Counted from the first letter of the whole stretch, positions 25,096 through 37,675 are shown. The stretch is DNA of 63,946 nt, filler included, from Octopus bimaculoides (GCF_001194135.2; 8 parts of 8 records of this genome joined end to end with filler, not necessarily neighbours in it), one strand, 5' to 3'. Numbers and translations are program-made. The notes: generated by a model not told the origin, from the letters alone.

Positions 25096-25575
25096 CAAAT
25101 TCCGCCAAGGTCAATTTTGCCTTTCATCTTTTCGAGGTCTATAAAATAAGTACCAGCATTTCGTCCGTCCGCACGTTCTGAGTTCAAATTTCATCGCAGT
25201 CGATTTTGCCTTTCATCTTCTCGGGGTCAATAAATTAAGTACCAGTGAAATACTGGGGTCGATGTAATCGATTATCCCCCTTCCTCAAAATTTCAGGCAT
25301 TGTGCCTATACTAGAAGCAGTTATTCGTATTGCCATTGTTAGACTGGATGATTGGCAGAATTGTGAGACCGTCGGGCAAAATAATGATTTCAGGTATTTA
25401 TTTTGTCTCTATGTCCTCAGTTCAAATTCCACCGAAGCCGTCTTTATTTTTTTCATCTTAATGGAATTAATACAATAAAGTACCATCCATGTGCTGGTGC
25501 TGATTTCATTGTTTCTATCCAAACACATCAAAGTATTTTTGTCCTGTGTCTGTGTAGGAAACAAAATTATTATTG
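25096..25575 (+). mobile_element. Cluster of three partial SINE A copies
   Basis: TCAAATT..GTC.ATTTTGCCTTTCATC module repeated three times. Confidence 0.8.
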
Positions 25576-26678
25576 AATATAAGCAACAGTAATAATCTCG
25601 GCAGCCTATAGGATCTTTTTATCCAATTAGATTTAAGCTTGGTCGTCAGAAATACGACTCACGTCACGAGATAAGAATCACAATCCTAGAATACAGGTAT
25701 CTATGCTTTAAGCGTCGATCATTAAACCAGCTATAAATAAAAAAAAGTACATAACACACATTAAGCCATAACTATTGTATTCGTATTTGGTGGATTAGCA
25801 AGGAGCAGTGGGTTAGTAAAATCATTAGGGCATCAGATACTGGACACAATACCTCGCGGTAGAGTTACAGTTCTTTCAATTACGCCATGAGTTCCAATTC
25901 TGTTTAGGTATTCAATGATCTAGAAAAAGGAAGGACTAGTCAAGAAAAATATTTTAAATCCATACTCGGTAATCCGATTGAAAATATATTTTGCGTAGAA
26001 ACATAAGCAAAGTAAAATGTTTTATGAGACTAACGATTATAGATTACATATATTTTATTCACTTTCAGGCTTATCTTTAAGTACTTTATTTTGTGTGACC
26101 GGACATAGCTACGTTTGAACCTGTCACATCCCGGAACTAGTTGAATTGTGATTCTGGTACAATCTACTGTCCTCGACCACAAAATGTGTGGCCTTATGCT
26201 TATATCAGAAATCAATTCATATCGACATTTCTTGAATGCGATAAGAGCAACAAAATAAGAGATAAAATGTCTCATACAACAGCAATAAAAATAAATTTAC
26301 AACCAAATTTATTTTTTTTAAATTCTTTATTTCTATCGTAACAATAGTAAGTAATACTAAGGAAATAAGTATTAGCAGTTTTATTGGATAATATTTTGCT
26401 GATGTAATGTGTGAATTCCGTTTCCCACTCAGTTTGAATAAAGGACTGTCATAAGGAAGTAAGTTTAGATATTTTATTACAAAATCGAGTATGCTAATGA
26501 TTATGTTTACCAATGGTATGTCCCTCAACTTTATGAATCAAGCGCTGATATGAACATATGTATAAACATTCGGATACTCAACCAGTGGGTGAGACAGAGA
26601 GGGAGGTGTGGTGTGGGGAGAGATATGCAAACAGACAGAGACCTACGTGGTCTGTTGACCTGCCAGAAATACTAACCA

Positions 26679-26911
26679 GAAGGTGGCGAGCTGGCAGAAT
26701 CGTTAGCGTGCCGGGCGGAATGTTTAGCGGCATTTCGTCTGCCGCTACGTTCTGAGTTCAAATTCTGCCGAGGTCGACTTTGCCTTTCAGCCTTTCGGGA
26801 TCGATTAAATAAGTACCAGTTACGCACTGGGGTCGATATGATCGACTTAATCCGTATATCTGTCCTTGTTTGTCCCCTGTGTGTAGCCCCTTGTGGGCAG
26901 TAAAAAAAATA
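26679..26911 (+). mobile_element. SINE family A, full length, with a perfect 14-bp TSD
   Basis: AGAAATACTAACCA at 26665-26678 and 26912-26925. Confidence 0.92.
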
Positions 26912-27439
26912 AGAAATACTAACCAATTATCATTCAATCACATCGTAAAGGCGCTTGGCCTAATGGTCTGAGTGTTGCACTCACGATCTCCAGATCGAGG
27001 GTTCGATTTACAGAGCCATTCCATTATTCATTTTTGCTTGCAATAGCCTGTTCTTTTGGTCAAACTATCGTGTCTTCGGCTGCTTCAGATTCCAAGATAA
27101 CAAAAATTGTCAAAGTGTAGTATAACGGTTTTGCTCTGGAATGGTGAAACTATTCTTTCGCTTTCTCAAAAGCAACATTGGACTTACGATACTTTTGCAT
27201 TATAACAACGATGTATATGCATGTGTGTGTATGTATAGAGATAGAAACAGAGAGAGAGAGAGGATGTTTCTTAAAAACTATTAACTCTTTTTTTTAAATC
27301 TCCGAAAAACAAATTGGCGTGAGCATTTTAGGAGAAAGTTACATATTGTGTGTATTAGAGCTTTCTATGTTCTATTTTTCAAAACACACGTGTTACAGGG
27401 GCTACCTCATAATTACCTCATAACTACCTCATAACTACA

Positions 27440-27502
<63 letters not shown>

Positions 27503-27689
27503 ACACTGATGCGCATTTACAACACATACACACAAACCCGCAAGCACACGCGTGCACAACACACATATACATATATACATACATACATACATACATACAT
27601 GTATACATACATGCATGCATACATACATGCATGCATACGCACACACACACACACATATATATACATATATATATGAATTTTGCAAAATT

Positions 27690-27921
27690 TGCATTTTTGA
27701 ATTCTGTTCCTGAAATATTGATCAACTCGAAACTGCGGCCGAAGACATTTGCTCAAGCTGTTGTGTTGTACGATGGAACCTATAACTACGTGGGTACTAC
27801 TACAATGCAGCCTCTTAATGACACAGCTATAGCGGCGCAAATACAGCAAACGAATGTGCCTATTGTGTTTGTTTTAACAGAAAATCGCCATGTTTCTATG
27901 TTATATGTTGTCACATTTTAG
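27690..27921 (+). pseudogene. Possible MULE transposase fragment
   Basis: VVLYDGTYNY..MQPL..IAAQIQQTNVPIVFVLTENR resembles the MULE DGT(F/Y)...QL..IH....VPLV(F/Y)VL..R pattern (recalled). Confidence 0.35.
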
Positions 27922-28403
27922 CTATGTATGAATGCTTGCATGCAATCATGAACATTTGTATGAGTTCCTACACATATCATCCAATTCAACGTATCTAGAA
28001 AGAGCCGTTGAATAGATGACTTTACAATGATTTAAATTAATGAGCTTGTTTCGAATGCTCTATTGAAAACCCCATTCAATAAAGCACATATTACAATACT
28101 TAATTTCCATCCCTCACAGAATATAGGTTCTTCGGGTATAGTTTGAAAAGAAATGAATAACTATTTCAAAATTTTCGTCATTCGAGGGAAAGGGCATTGG
28201 CAGATCAGAATCAGAAAAGTAATGAACTGTTTTACAATAATTACTAGTTTTTTTGTGCTTTTATGTTTTTTTATTGATCCAGATCAACTTTACTCCAGCA
28301 GAACATATGACCAAAGCGTTCAAGCTGTGAGTCAATTCGTCTGTTATTTTCAGTTAGTAGACTTCGAATGTGTGGTTCTTTTCTTAATATAGTGGAAAGG
28401 AAT

Positions 28404-28820
28404 AAAGCAGTGAGCTGGAAGATTCGTTAACATGCCGGACAAAATGCTTAGCGGCATTTCGTCCGTCTTTATGTTCTAAGTTCAAATTTCGCTGAGGTTG
28501 CCTTTGTTTCCTCATCCTTTCGGGCTCTATAAAATAAGTACCAGTTGAATGCTGGGGTCGAAATTGCTGATCTTGAAACCAGTATAGTAGTGGGTGAGGG
28601 GAATTCGAAAGACAAGGCGTCGAGCTTGCTGAATCATTAGGGCGTCGGACAAAAAACGTAGTGGTGTTGTTTCCGGCTCTTTATGTTCTGAGTTCAAACC
28701 CTGTTTAGGTCAACTTTGTTTTCATCCCTTCGGGGTCGATAAAATGGAGTACTAGACAATTAAATGGGTCGATGTAATCGACTTTCCCCCACCCTCTCAA
28801 AATTTACTAGCCTTGAACCT
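28404..28820 (+). mobile_element. Two tandem diverged SINE A copies
   Basis: Heads at about 28404 and 28614, both with the central domain. Confidence 0.8.
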
Positions 28821-29336
28821 AGCAACGGTGTGGCGTCCTGTTCAAGGTAATGTTGTGGCCTCAGTCACATATAAGCCATAGAAAACGGCGCAAGAAAAAA
28901 ATTGAAGGAGATATGCTGACAAATTCTGATTGGTCGAGTGGTACCTTGAAGATCCATTGTTGGCTGCACTAATATTTAGATATTTAGTTTTTATCTTAAA
29001 ATGTTCTCAATTCAAACACCACTGAGTTTAAGTCTCTTTGTACTACTTCACCTTCCGAAGACCATTAAATATGTCCTATACATTTAATCACGGGCCAGCT
29101 GCAGTCCGCGGTCTCTCTAAATGGCACGCCTATCGAAAAATGACTTTGAATGTTATTAGTAGGACAGCCCACCTGTTAATAAACTATATCCAATGCGGTT
29201 CGATTCACGAAAATTGTTGCCATGCCTATTTTAAAGCGATGGATTCGACTCAATTCACTCCTGCTTCTCGATATATAACAAATAACCTGAAAGAATAGTT
29301 GTTGCTGTTGTCATTGTTTTTGTTGTTTAATAACAG

Positions 29337-29404
29337 GTTTGCTCTTAAATGAGCAAAGTTATGCGGAAAGGCAATCTAGTTGTGATCACGGTGTCTTTGT
29401 ATAT
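29337..29404 (+). CDS. Candidate exon of an unknown gene (G-LLLNEQSYAERQSSCDHGVFVY)
   Basis: T-rich acceptor ending TAATAACAG, donor T|GTAAGT, one fully open frame; no recognised homology. Confidence 0.3.
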
Positions 29405-30008
29405 GTAAGTGTTCTTCTTTATCTAAGATGTTAGGGTATAATTTGGATAAGTTTGTTTGCAAATTGTTGTTGAGCGAGAAACCACATAAAGGATTCTTCG
29501 TTTGTTCAAAGGCATACAGCAAGGCAACTGAGAGTGTACGCTCGTTTTGAATTCCAGTTAAAAGCCAGTTACATTTCTAAATACTGCCGTTCACAAAGAT
29601 GTGAATATGACACAATTTCGTTACCGAATTCAATGAAAATGTGTGATCTTGTACGAATACAGTAATTTTCTATTATTCAGCAAAGTTAGAAGCTATAAAA
29701 TATTCCCATCGTCAACGAAAAACATCAGACGATATCCAATGATGTCTTGAATGTCACAGCATTCAAGAAACCGTTTAAAATAACCTAACATCAGCTAATC
29801 CACTCGCTGACATTATTATTGTAAAACAGATTTGTTTGAAAGTATGAATATGGCGACAGAAATATCAGACGTTATTCAGAGAAAAAAAATTTACATTTTT
29901 TGTATTAAACTTCCAAAGTGGTTTTATACCAAGCTTTGTCACTCGAAATGTAGCATGTTGGTTGGTACATGCATATGCATATCATTAGACAGATATATGC
30001 ACGGAAAC

Positions 30009-30057
<49 letters not shown>

Positions 30058-30684
30058 CCCTCCCTCTCTTTCTCCCCGTCTCACTCTCTCTCTCAGTCCC
30101 CCAATTTAACACACAGAAACGCACATATACGCACACAAGCATACACATATACACGCACACACACTCATATACATACGCACACATGCTTATGTGTGAGCGT
30201 ATGTGTCTGTATAGATATTGCATAGCGCAGGAAAGTTCCGGTCACGTCATGATCGGCTCGTCTATTTTCAAATATAGGATATCATCTGAGCAGAATTTGG
30301 CTGCCATTTTTTGCATGGAATGATCACATAGAAGCTTCTTTGTTGATTTGAGTGTACGCTGTATGTGTTTAGTTTACATTTCAGTATGTGCTTAATATGT
30401 GTTCAATGTCCATGTAGCAGTGTGTGGAGGAGAGGGATGACATATAATCTTTCGAATTCAAATTTTAAATTTGAAAAACAAATACAGAAAAATTGTGGTG
30501 GAAAACAAAAGTATGAGTTAAAATGCGATAGTTTGAAAACAGTAAAATTATAATGAATATAAGCAGACATGGCTGTGTAGTTCAAAGACTTTTGCGCAGT
30601 CACATCGCTTCAAGTTTATTCCACTGTGTGAACCAGCTTGAGAAAGCATGTAAGTATGTATGTATGTATGTACTTATGTGCGTA

Positions 30685-31385
30685 CATTATTATCATTGTA
30701 TAGCTATTTCATGATGTATTAGCAGGTATGTTGTTTTGACGTTTGGTGACATCAAGTCTCCTCAAATTTCTAAGGATTCTCACAGAATACAGCTTTGCAC
30801 TTTCCTGCTGGTCAACAATACGAGTGTCAATTCCAATTTCCTTCTGTCTCTTAAGTAGAAGTTTTGGTGTTATGCCAGTTGCACCAATTAACAGAGGGAT
30901 AATTATCTTTTGAGTCTTCCACAATCTCTTCATTTCTCTGACGAAATCGTAATATTTCTCGATTTCTTTTCTATTTTAAGATGTGGTATTGCAAAGTTTA
31001 TTTCTTTCGCCCCCGGTAATCTTATCTGGTCACTTTGCTCTAAGTGTATGGTCAGATTTAGCGGGAAAGTCCCATAAAATCCTGTAATTCTCCATCACAG
31101 ACTCTTGTTCATTTTCAGGCCACTTTTCTTTTATTTCGAAACCACACACTCCGCTAATAATGCAGTGCACCATTTTACCTATACAGTGATGTGTGTGTTT
31201 ATATTCTTTTTGTGCTAGCTTACTGCAATCACTGAAAAGATAGTCAATACTTTCGTCTCCTTTTCTACAGTTTATGAATTGGTTTTCTGAGTTCCTTTTT
31301 TTCTTTTTCGACTTTTGTCTTTATCTGTATCGTCCTAACGACTTGTTTGTGAGTTATTACCACTAGTCTTCTATTTCTCGCACCT
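30685..31385 (-). mobile_element. R4/Dong-type LINE family 4, decayed 3' fragment
   Basis: ESIDYLFSDCSKLAQKEYK knuckle remnant, ILWDFP, MKRLWKTQKIIIPLLIGATG. Confidence 0.8.
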
Positions 31386-31394
31386 TGTACCAAA

Positions 31395-31620
31395 ATTCGA
31401 AACAAAGGCTGCAATCTGGCAAAACTTATCACGTCGGACCAAATGCTTAACGACATTTCTTCTAGCACTACTCTCTGAGTTCAAGTTACGCCGAAACCGG
31501 TTTTCCTTTCATCCTCTCGAGGTCGATAAAATAAGTTCCAGTAGAACACTGCGATCAATGTAATCGAATAGCCAATGTAATTGAAATGTTTAGCCTTGTA
31601 TGGTAGAAAGAATTATTCTT
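31395..31620 (+). mobile_element. SINE family A, diverged
   Basis: GAGTTCAAG..CCTTTCATCCTCTCGAGGTCGATAAAATAAG. Confidence 0.75.
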
Positions 31621-31797
31621 ATTAATACGGCGAGCTAAAAGAATCGTTAGAGTGTCGAGAAAATGCATTATGTTACATGTTTCTCTTCCATATACAATTT
31701 TGCAACTTCAATCAGCAAATGAAACACGTGTGTTGATGAATAGATAATACGAAAACAACTTATATGTATTTGCATATCTTGTATACATACATACATA

Positions 31798-31842
<45 letters not shown>

Positions 31843-32032
31843 NNNNNNNNNNNNNNNNNNNNNNNNNNNNNNNNNNNNNNNNNNNNTTAATTAATTAANN
31901 NNNNNNNNNNNNNNNNNNNNNNNNNNNNNNNNNNNNNNNNNNCAGATATGAATAGCATATGGGAACCGGTATTGAGGAAGGATAGAAAAATAATAGATTT
32001 ATAAGCCTTAAAATTCACCCCATAATTGCCCA

Positions 32033-32287
32033 CGGGCATATGGCGTAGTGGTTAAGAGCGCGGGCTACTAACCCCAAGGTTCCGAGTTCGATTCACGGCA
32101 GCGACCTGATTAATAATAATAATAATATTATAATAATAATAATAGTAACATCGATAGGAATGAGAACCCAGGTTCGAAATTTCCCCAAGACACCTGACGA
32201 AGGCTGGAGGGTATATCAGCCGAAACGTTGTGTTAACAACAAACAAGATGAGGACGAATATCCGTCAAATGTAGATAATGTAAATAC
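32033..32287 (+). mobile_element. SINE family D: tRNA head, internal (TAA)n and a Penelope-type 3' module
   Basis: A box TGGCGTAGTGG (32041-32051), anticodon-arm-like GGG-CTACTAA-CCC, B-box-like GAGTTCGATTCAC, then AT/TAA tract and a hammerhead-containing tail. Confidence 0.8.
32189..32234 (+). ncRNA. Minimal type I hammerhead ribozyme inside SINE D
   Basis: Stem I GACAC/GUGUU, core CUGACGA(+A), stem II GGCUG/CAGCC, GAAA, palindromic stem III (AACGUU), predicted cleavage after GUU at 32229. Confidence 0.72.
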
Positions 32288-32298
32288 CCTCCAAGGTT

Positions 32299-32525
32299 GT
32301 GCTCCAGCATTGCCGCAGTCAAATGACTGAAACAAGTAAAATAAAATATATCTCTTTTACTCTTTTACTTGTTTCAGTCATTTGACTGTGGCCATGCTGG
32401 AGCACCGTCTTTTAGTCGAGAAAATCGACCCCAGGACTTATTCTTTGGAAGCCTAGTACTTATTCTATCGGTCTCTTTTTGCCGAACCGCTAAGTTACGG
32501 GGAAGTAAACACACCAGCATCGGTA
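32299..32525. mobile_element. Tail-to-tail pair of SINE C 3' ends
   Basis: Plus copy 32299-32347, minus copy 32350-32525. Confidence 0.85.
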
Positions 32526-32895
32526 TACAACGAGCAAATGATTAATTCTCCCTCTCAATTCTGTTTAAATGCTACTTTTTATATCAGTTTTCATTATATA
32601 CCATTAACATATATTAATATATATAACTAGTATTAAAATGACATTATAACAGTGATATATAATTTAAATAACGACGCCATTAAACTGTCATTATGAATTG
32701 ATCTTTACTGATAGCCGCCATCTTACGTCTGCTCTTTCCATGTGGAAATATTATAGAGTGACATCATATACTCGATATCTTCGTGTCATGCTCTCTCTTT
32801 CTCTCTGCAGTTTGTTTCTGACTCTCTCTCTTTCTCTCTTTCCTTCCCGCATTCTCTCTTTACCTCTCTCTCTCTCTTTCTCCTTTCCTCATTCC

Positions 32896-32936
<41 letters not shown>

Positions 32937-33499
32937 CCCTTTATCTCCTTCTTACTCTCGCTAACTTGTGCCCTTTCTCTTTCCCTCTCTCTCTCAATTT
33001 GCAGCTTCATAAATTTTCTTACAACCCTGGCTTCAGAATTTTAAATACGTACGTGCACATAACACTCACACATGAAATACCGACATAATATACAAATACG
33101 TGCACGTGTGTGTGTGTGTGTGTGTGCGCGCGTATGTATGATATAGTCTTAAATACACTTGATATAGCCTTAAACATACCAACGTACCTAGAATATGTCA
33201 CCCCAGGCGGCCCTTCAGTTTGCTGTCCCCGGGCCCTCACAGAAAATACATATCGCCTACAGCAGAGGGAATAGTGGTGCCGCTATCATAAAAGTGCCGC
33301 CCGGAGTTCTTTATACATGAATTTAAAGCCATGTTATGTTGGAAACAACAGTTCTCGTCCGATCACCAAGGTTATGCAATGTCGTATCAATATAAGCACT
33401 TAAACCATGACAAAAAACATAGTACGTCACCAAACAGTATTCACTCATATCTGACGGTTGTATTGATTCTACAGTAACAACATAGCCATTGACACAAAT

Positions 33500-33667
33500 A
33501 GGCGCATGAGTGGCTGTGTGGTAAGAAGTTTGCTTCCCAACCACATGGTTCCGGGTTCAGTTCCACTGCGTGACACCTCGAGCAAGTATCTTCTGCTATA
33601 GCCTCGGGCCGACGAAAGCTTTGTGAGTGGATTTGGTAGACGGAAACTGAAAGAAGCCTGTCGTATG

Positions 33668-33738
<71 letters not shown>
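33500..33738 (+). mobile_element. SINE family C, 5' half ending in its internal (CA)n/(TA)n tract
   Basis: A box TGGCTGTGTGG, B-box-like GGTTCAGTTCC, CORE-like GTGACACCTCGAGCAAG. Confidence 0.9.
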
Positions 33739-33739
<1 letters not shown>

Positions 33740-34419
33740 GCAATGTTAAATCTCTGAACGAGGTATTAACAGTAACTGCACGATAAAGTGAAGTATANNN
33801 NNNNNNNNNNNNNNNNNNNNNNNNNNNNNNNNNNNNNNNNNNNNNNNNNNNNNNNNNNNNNNNNNNNNNNNNNNNNNNNNNNNNNNNNNNNNNNNNNNNN
33901 NNNNNNNNNNNNNNNNNNNNNNNNNNNNNNNNNNNNNNNNNNNNNNNNNNNNNNNNNNNNNNNNNNNNNNNNNNNNNNNNNNNNNNNNNNNNNNNNNNNN
34001 NNNNNNNNNNNNNNNNNNNNNNNNNNNNNNNNNNNNNNNNNNNNNNNNNNNNNNNNNNNNNNNNNNNNNNNNNNNNNNNNNNNNNNNNNNNNNNNNNNNN
34101 NNNNNNNNNNNNNNNNNNNNNNNNNNNNNNNNNNNNNNNNNNNNNNNNNNNNNNNNNNNNNNNNNNNNNNNNNNNNNNNNNNNNNNNNNNNNNNNNNNNN
34201 NNNNNNNNNNNNNNNNNNNNNNNNNNNNNNNNNNNNNNNNNNNNNNNNNNNNNNNNNNNNNNNNNNNNNNNNNNNNNNNNNNNNNNNNNNNNNNNATATA
34301 TATATATATATATAATATAATAAGATATAATATAATATAAATGAAAAACTAGGACCCTAATATTTTGTCAGTTATCAACCGTAAAGTAGTGATACCTAGT
34401 TTCATGCTTTAAACGATAT

Positions 34420-34770
34420 TCTTTTATTCTTTTACTTCTTGCAGTCATTTGACTGCGGCTATGCTGGAGCACCACCTTGTAGTCGACCCCAGGATTTATT
34501 CTTTGTAAGCCTAGTGCTTATTCTATTGGACACTTTTGCCGAACTGCTAAGTTACGGGAACGTAAACGCACCATCATCGGTTGTCAAATGTTGACAAACA
34601 CAGAAATACATACATACGTACATAGATACATGCATATATACATACATACATACATACATACATACATACATACACACACATACATACATACATACATAAA
34701 TACACACACGGACACAGACACAGACACAGACAGACAGAAAGACAGACAGACACACACACACACACACACN
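34420..34770 (-). mobile_element. SINE family C, 3' half plus expanded internal microsatellite, ending in a gap
   Basis: Matches 32350-32525 and 63195-63380. Confidence 0.85.
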
Positions 34771-36977
34771 NNNNNNNNNNNNNNNNNNNNNNNNNNNNNN
34801 NNNNNNNNNNNNNNNNNNNNNNNNNNNNNNNNNNNNNNNNNNNNNNNNNNNNNNNNNNNNNNNNNNNNNNNNNNNNNNNNNNNNNNNNNNNNNNNNNNNN
34901 NNNNNNNNNNNNNNNNNNNNNNNNNNNNNNNNNNNNNNNNNNNNNNNNNNNNNNNNNNNNNNNNNNNNNNNNNNNNNNNNNNNNNNNNNNNNNNNNNNNN
35001 NNNNNNNNNNNNNNNNNNNNNNNNNNNNNNNNNNNNNNNNNNNNNNNNNNNNNNNNNNNNNNNNNNNNNNNNNNNNNNNNNNNNNNNNNNNNNNNNNNNN
35101 NNNNNNNNNNNNNNNNNNNNNNNNNNNNNNNNNNNNNNNNNNNNNNNNNNNNNNNNNNNNNNNNNNNNNNNNNNNNNNNNNNNNNNNNNNNNNNNNNNNN
35201 NNNNNNNNNNNNNNNNNNNNNNNNNNNNNNNNNNNNNNNNNNNNNNNNNNNNNNNNNNNNNNNNNNNNNNNNNNNNNNNNNNNNNNNNNNNNNNNNNNNN
35301 NNNNNNNNNNNNNNNNNNNNNNNNNNNNNNNNNNNNNNNNNNNNNNNNNNNNNNNNNNNNNNNNNNNNNNNNNNNNNNNNNNNNNNNNNNNNNNNNNNNN
35401 NNNNNNNNNNNNNNNNNNNNNNNNNNNNNNNNNNNNNNNNNNNNNNNNNNNNNNNNNNNNNNNNNNNNNNNNNNNNNNNNNNNNNNNNNNNNNNNNNNNN
35501 NNNNNNNNNNNNNNNNNNNNNNNNNNNNNNNNNNNNNNNNNNNNNNNNNNNNNNNNNNNGAAACTTTTATAGAAGACTTAAATTCAAAACCCTTTTAACT
35601 ATTAGACATTGGTCAATCGGTTGTGCCATTTTCTCAAAATGTAAAAGTGACAAAGAGAGCAGACAGAGAAGGAGAAACTTTCGTTTTAGATAATACAAGA
35701 ACCAGAACAAACTTTCGCTTCTTTCCTTTTATTAATACGGAATGTAAGTCGTTTGAAATACCTTCAAGAGAGTTAAGCATTTCAATGGTTTTATCTTGTA
35801 TTATTTTATTCTATTTTATTAGTGCTGTTGAAGGTTGCTCAGATACCCTCAGTAAGCACTGGAAGATTCTAATACCCATGAAATAACAATTATTAATTCT
35901 TAAGTTATCAGGAGACAATAGAACAGAGACAGGCAACGGAATGTTGACTATAATTGTCACAACTTGTTTAAGTCAAAATGTATTTCTGGCATCCATAAAG
36001 TCGAAATCTAAGTGGATTCTATTTTACTCCTTTTTATTCGTCTTTATTTATAAGATCGATCGTTAAACGTGCTGATCGCCAGATTCTAACAACATGATAT
36101 AATAGAGGACAGATACACTAAGAGAAAAAGCGTCTTTTGTTCAGGTATATTCGTTGTATTCTGACCAATATACGAGTGTAAAATTAGTTTTCAATGAAAT
36201 CCATTAATGATTTGTTGCAATGTCTAACAGTTCAGTAATGGCGGACAGCTTCGAAAGCGGTTTCGAAAAAAAAAATGAAATATACAAAATAAAATAAATA
36301 TAAAACGCCAAGCAATAACAACATAATATCACAGATTACACTATAACAAGTCTTATGACCCCTTCAAGAGTGTTCTAATTGAATCCTAAAAGGGTTGAAA
36401 CAAACTATTTGACAGCATTTATTTGAAACCATACAAAGAAAAAGTGCAGAACTGGCGTTAAATCTATATGTCTAGCACTAATGGGTGGGTTTAGTACTCT
36501 AACTTAACTCCTCCATATATAAATATTCCGAAGTAATAAAATGAAGCGAACATTTTATGGTTTGATAACTTCTATGTACTGCAGTGTTGTTATAGCTTGC
36601 TGCTGTGTTTTCCAGTCCCGCCCCCACCTCATCCCAATACAGTAACTCTCTCTTTCTCTCTCTCTCTCTGTTGATTTGTTAGTTTTAGAACCAACCACCA
36701 CTACAAGAACACGAACGCCAGCAGCACCACCACCACACACCACTACTGCCATTAAAGCACCTTCAAATAGGTTCTCAGAGGTTTACTTAGTGTTTGGTGA
36801 AGACAGTTGAAAGTAAATAGAAGGAAGGAGGTGACGGAAACCTAGAAAGGAGCATAATTTCAGACGAGACATAAACAGGGTACGAGCATTTTAGATACTG
36901 TTCAGTATCTAATAAGGGACAGAGAAACATTAAAGGCAATGGGAGTGTGGTGAGCTCACTGAGTACATTTTTTCATA

Positions 36978-37044
<67 letters not shown>

Positions 37045-37574
37045 NNNNNNNNNNNNNNNNNNNNNNNNNNNNNNNNNNNNNNNNNNNNNNNNNNNNNNNN
37101 NNNNNNNNNNNNNNNNNNNNNNNNNNNNNNNNNNNNNNNNNNNNNNNNNNNNNNNNNNNNNNNNNNNNNNNNNNNNNNNNNNNNNNNNNNNNNNNNNNNN
37201 NNNNNNNNNNNNNNNNNNNNNNNNNNNNNNNNNNNNNNNNNNNNNNNNNNNNNNNNNNNNNNNNNNNNNNNNNNNNNNNNNNNNNNNNNNNNNNNNNNNN
37301 NNNNNNNNNNNNNNNNNNNNNNNNNNNNNNNNNNNNNNNNNNNNNNNNNNNNNNNNNNNNNNNNNNNNNNNNNNNNNNNNNNNNNNNNNNNNNNNNNNNN
37401 NNNNNNNNNNNNNNNNNNNNNNNNNNNNNNNNNNNNNNNNNNNNNNNNNNNNNNNNNTTCATGTGTTACCCAACTGCGTAGAATTACGAAAAACAAAGCA
37501 AAAAAGAATAAAACTAATACATCCATAAACTGTAAGTTGAGTAAAGTAAGTTTAACACAAAATAGCAACGCCAG

Positions 37575-37675
<101 letters not shown>

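Noticed and set aside
26069-26275. Strong plus-strand acceptor and an 81-aa minus ORF
   Set aside because: All plus frames stop within 16 codons, and the minus ORF has no recognisable motif or good donor.
32036-32105. Possible tRNA gene (also 10918-10995 and 26944-27010)
   Set aside because: The acceptor stems do not close and the sequences continue into SINE bodies or are degenerate, so these are SINE heads.
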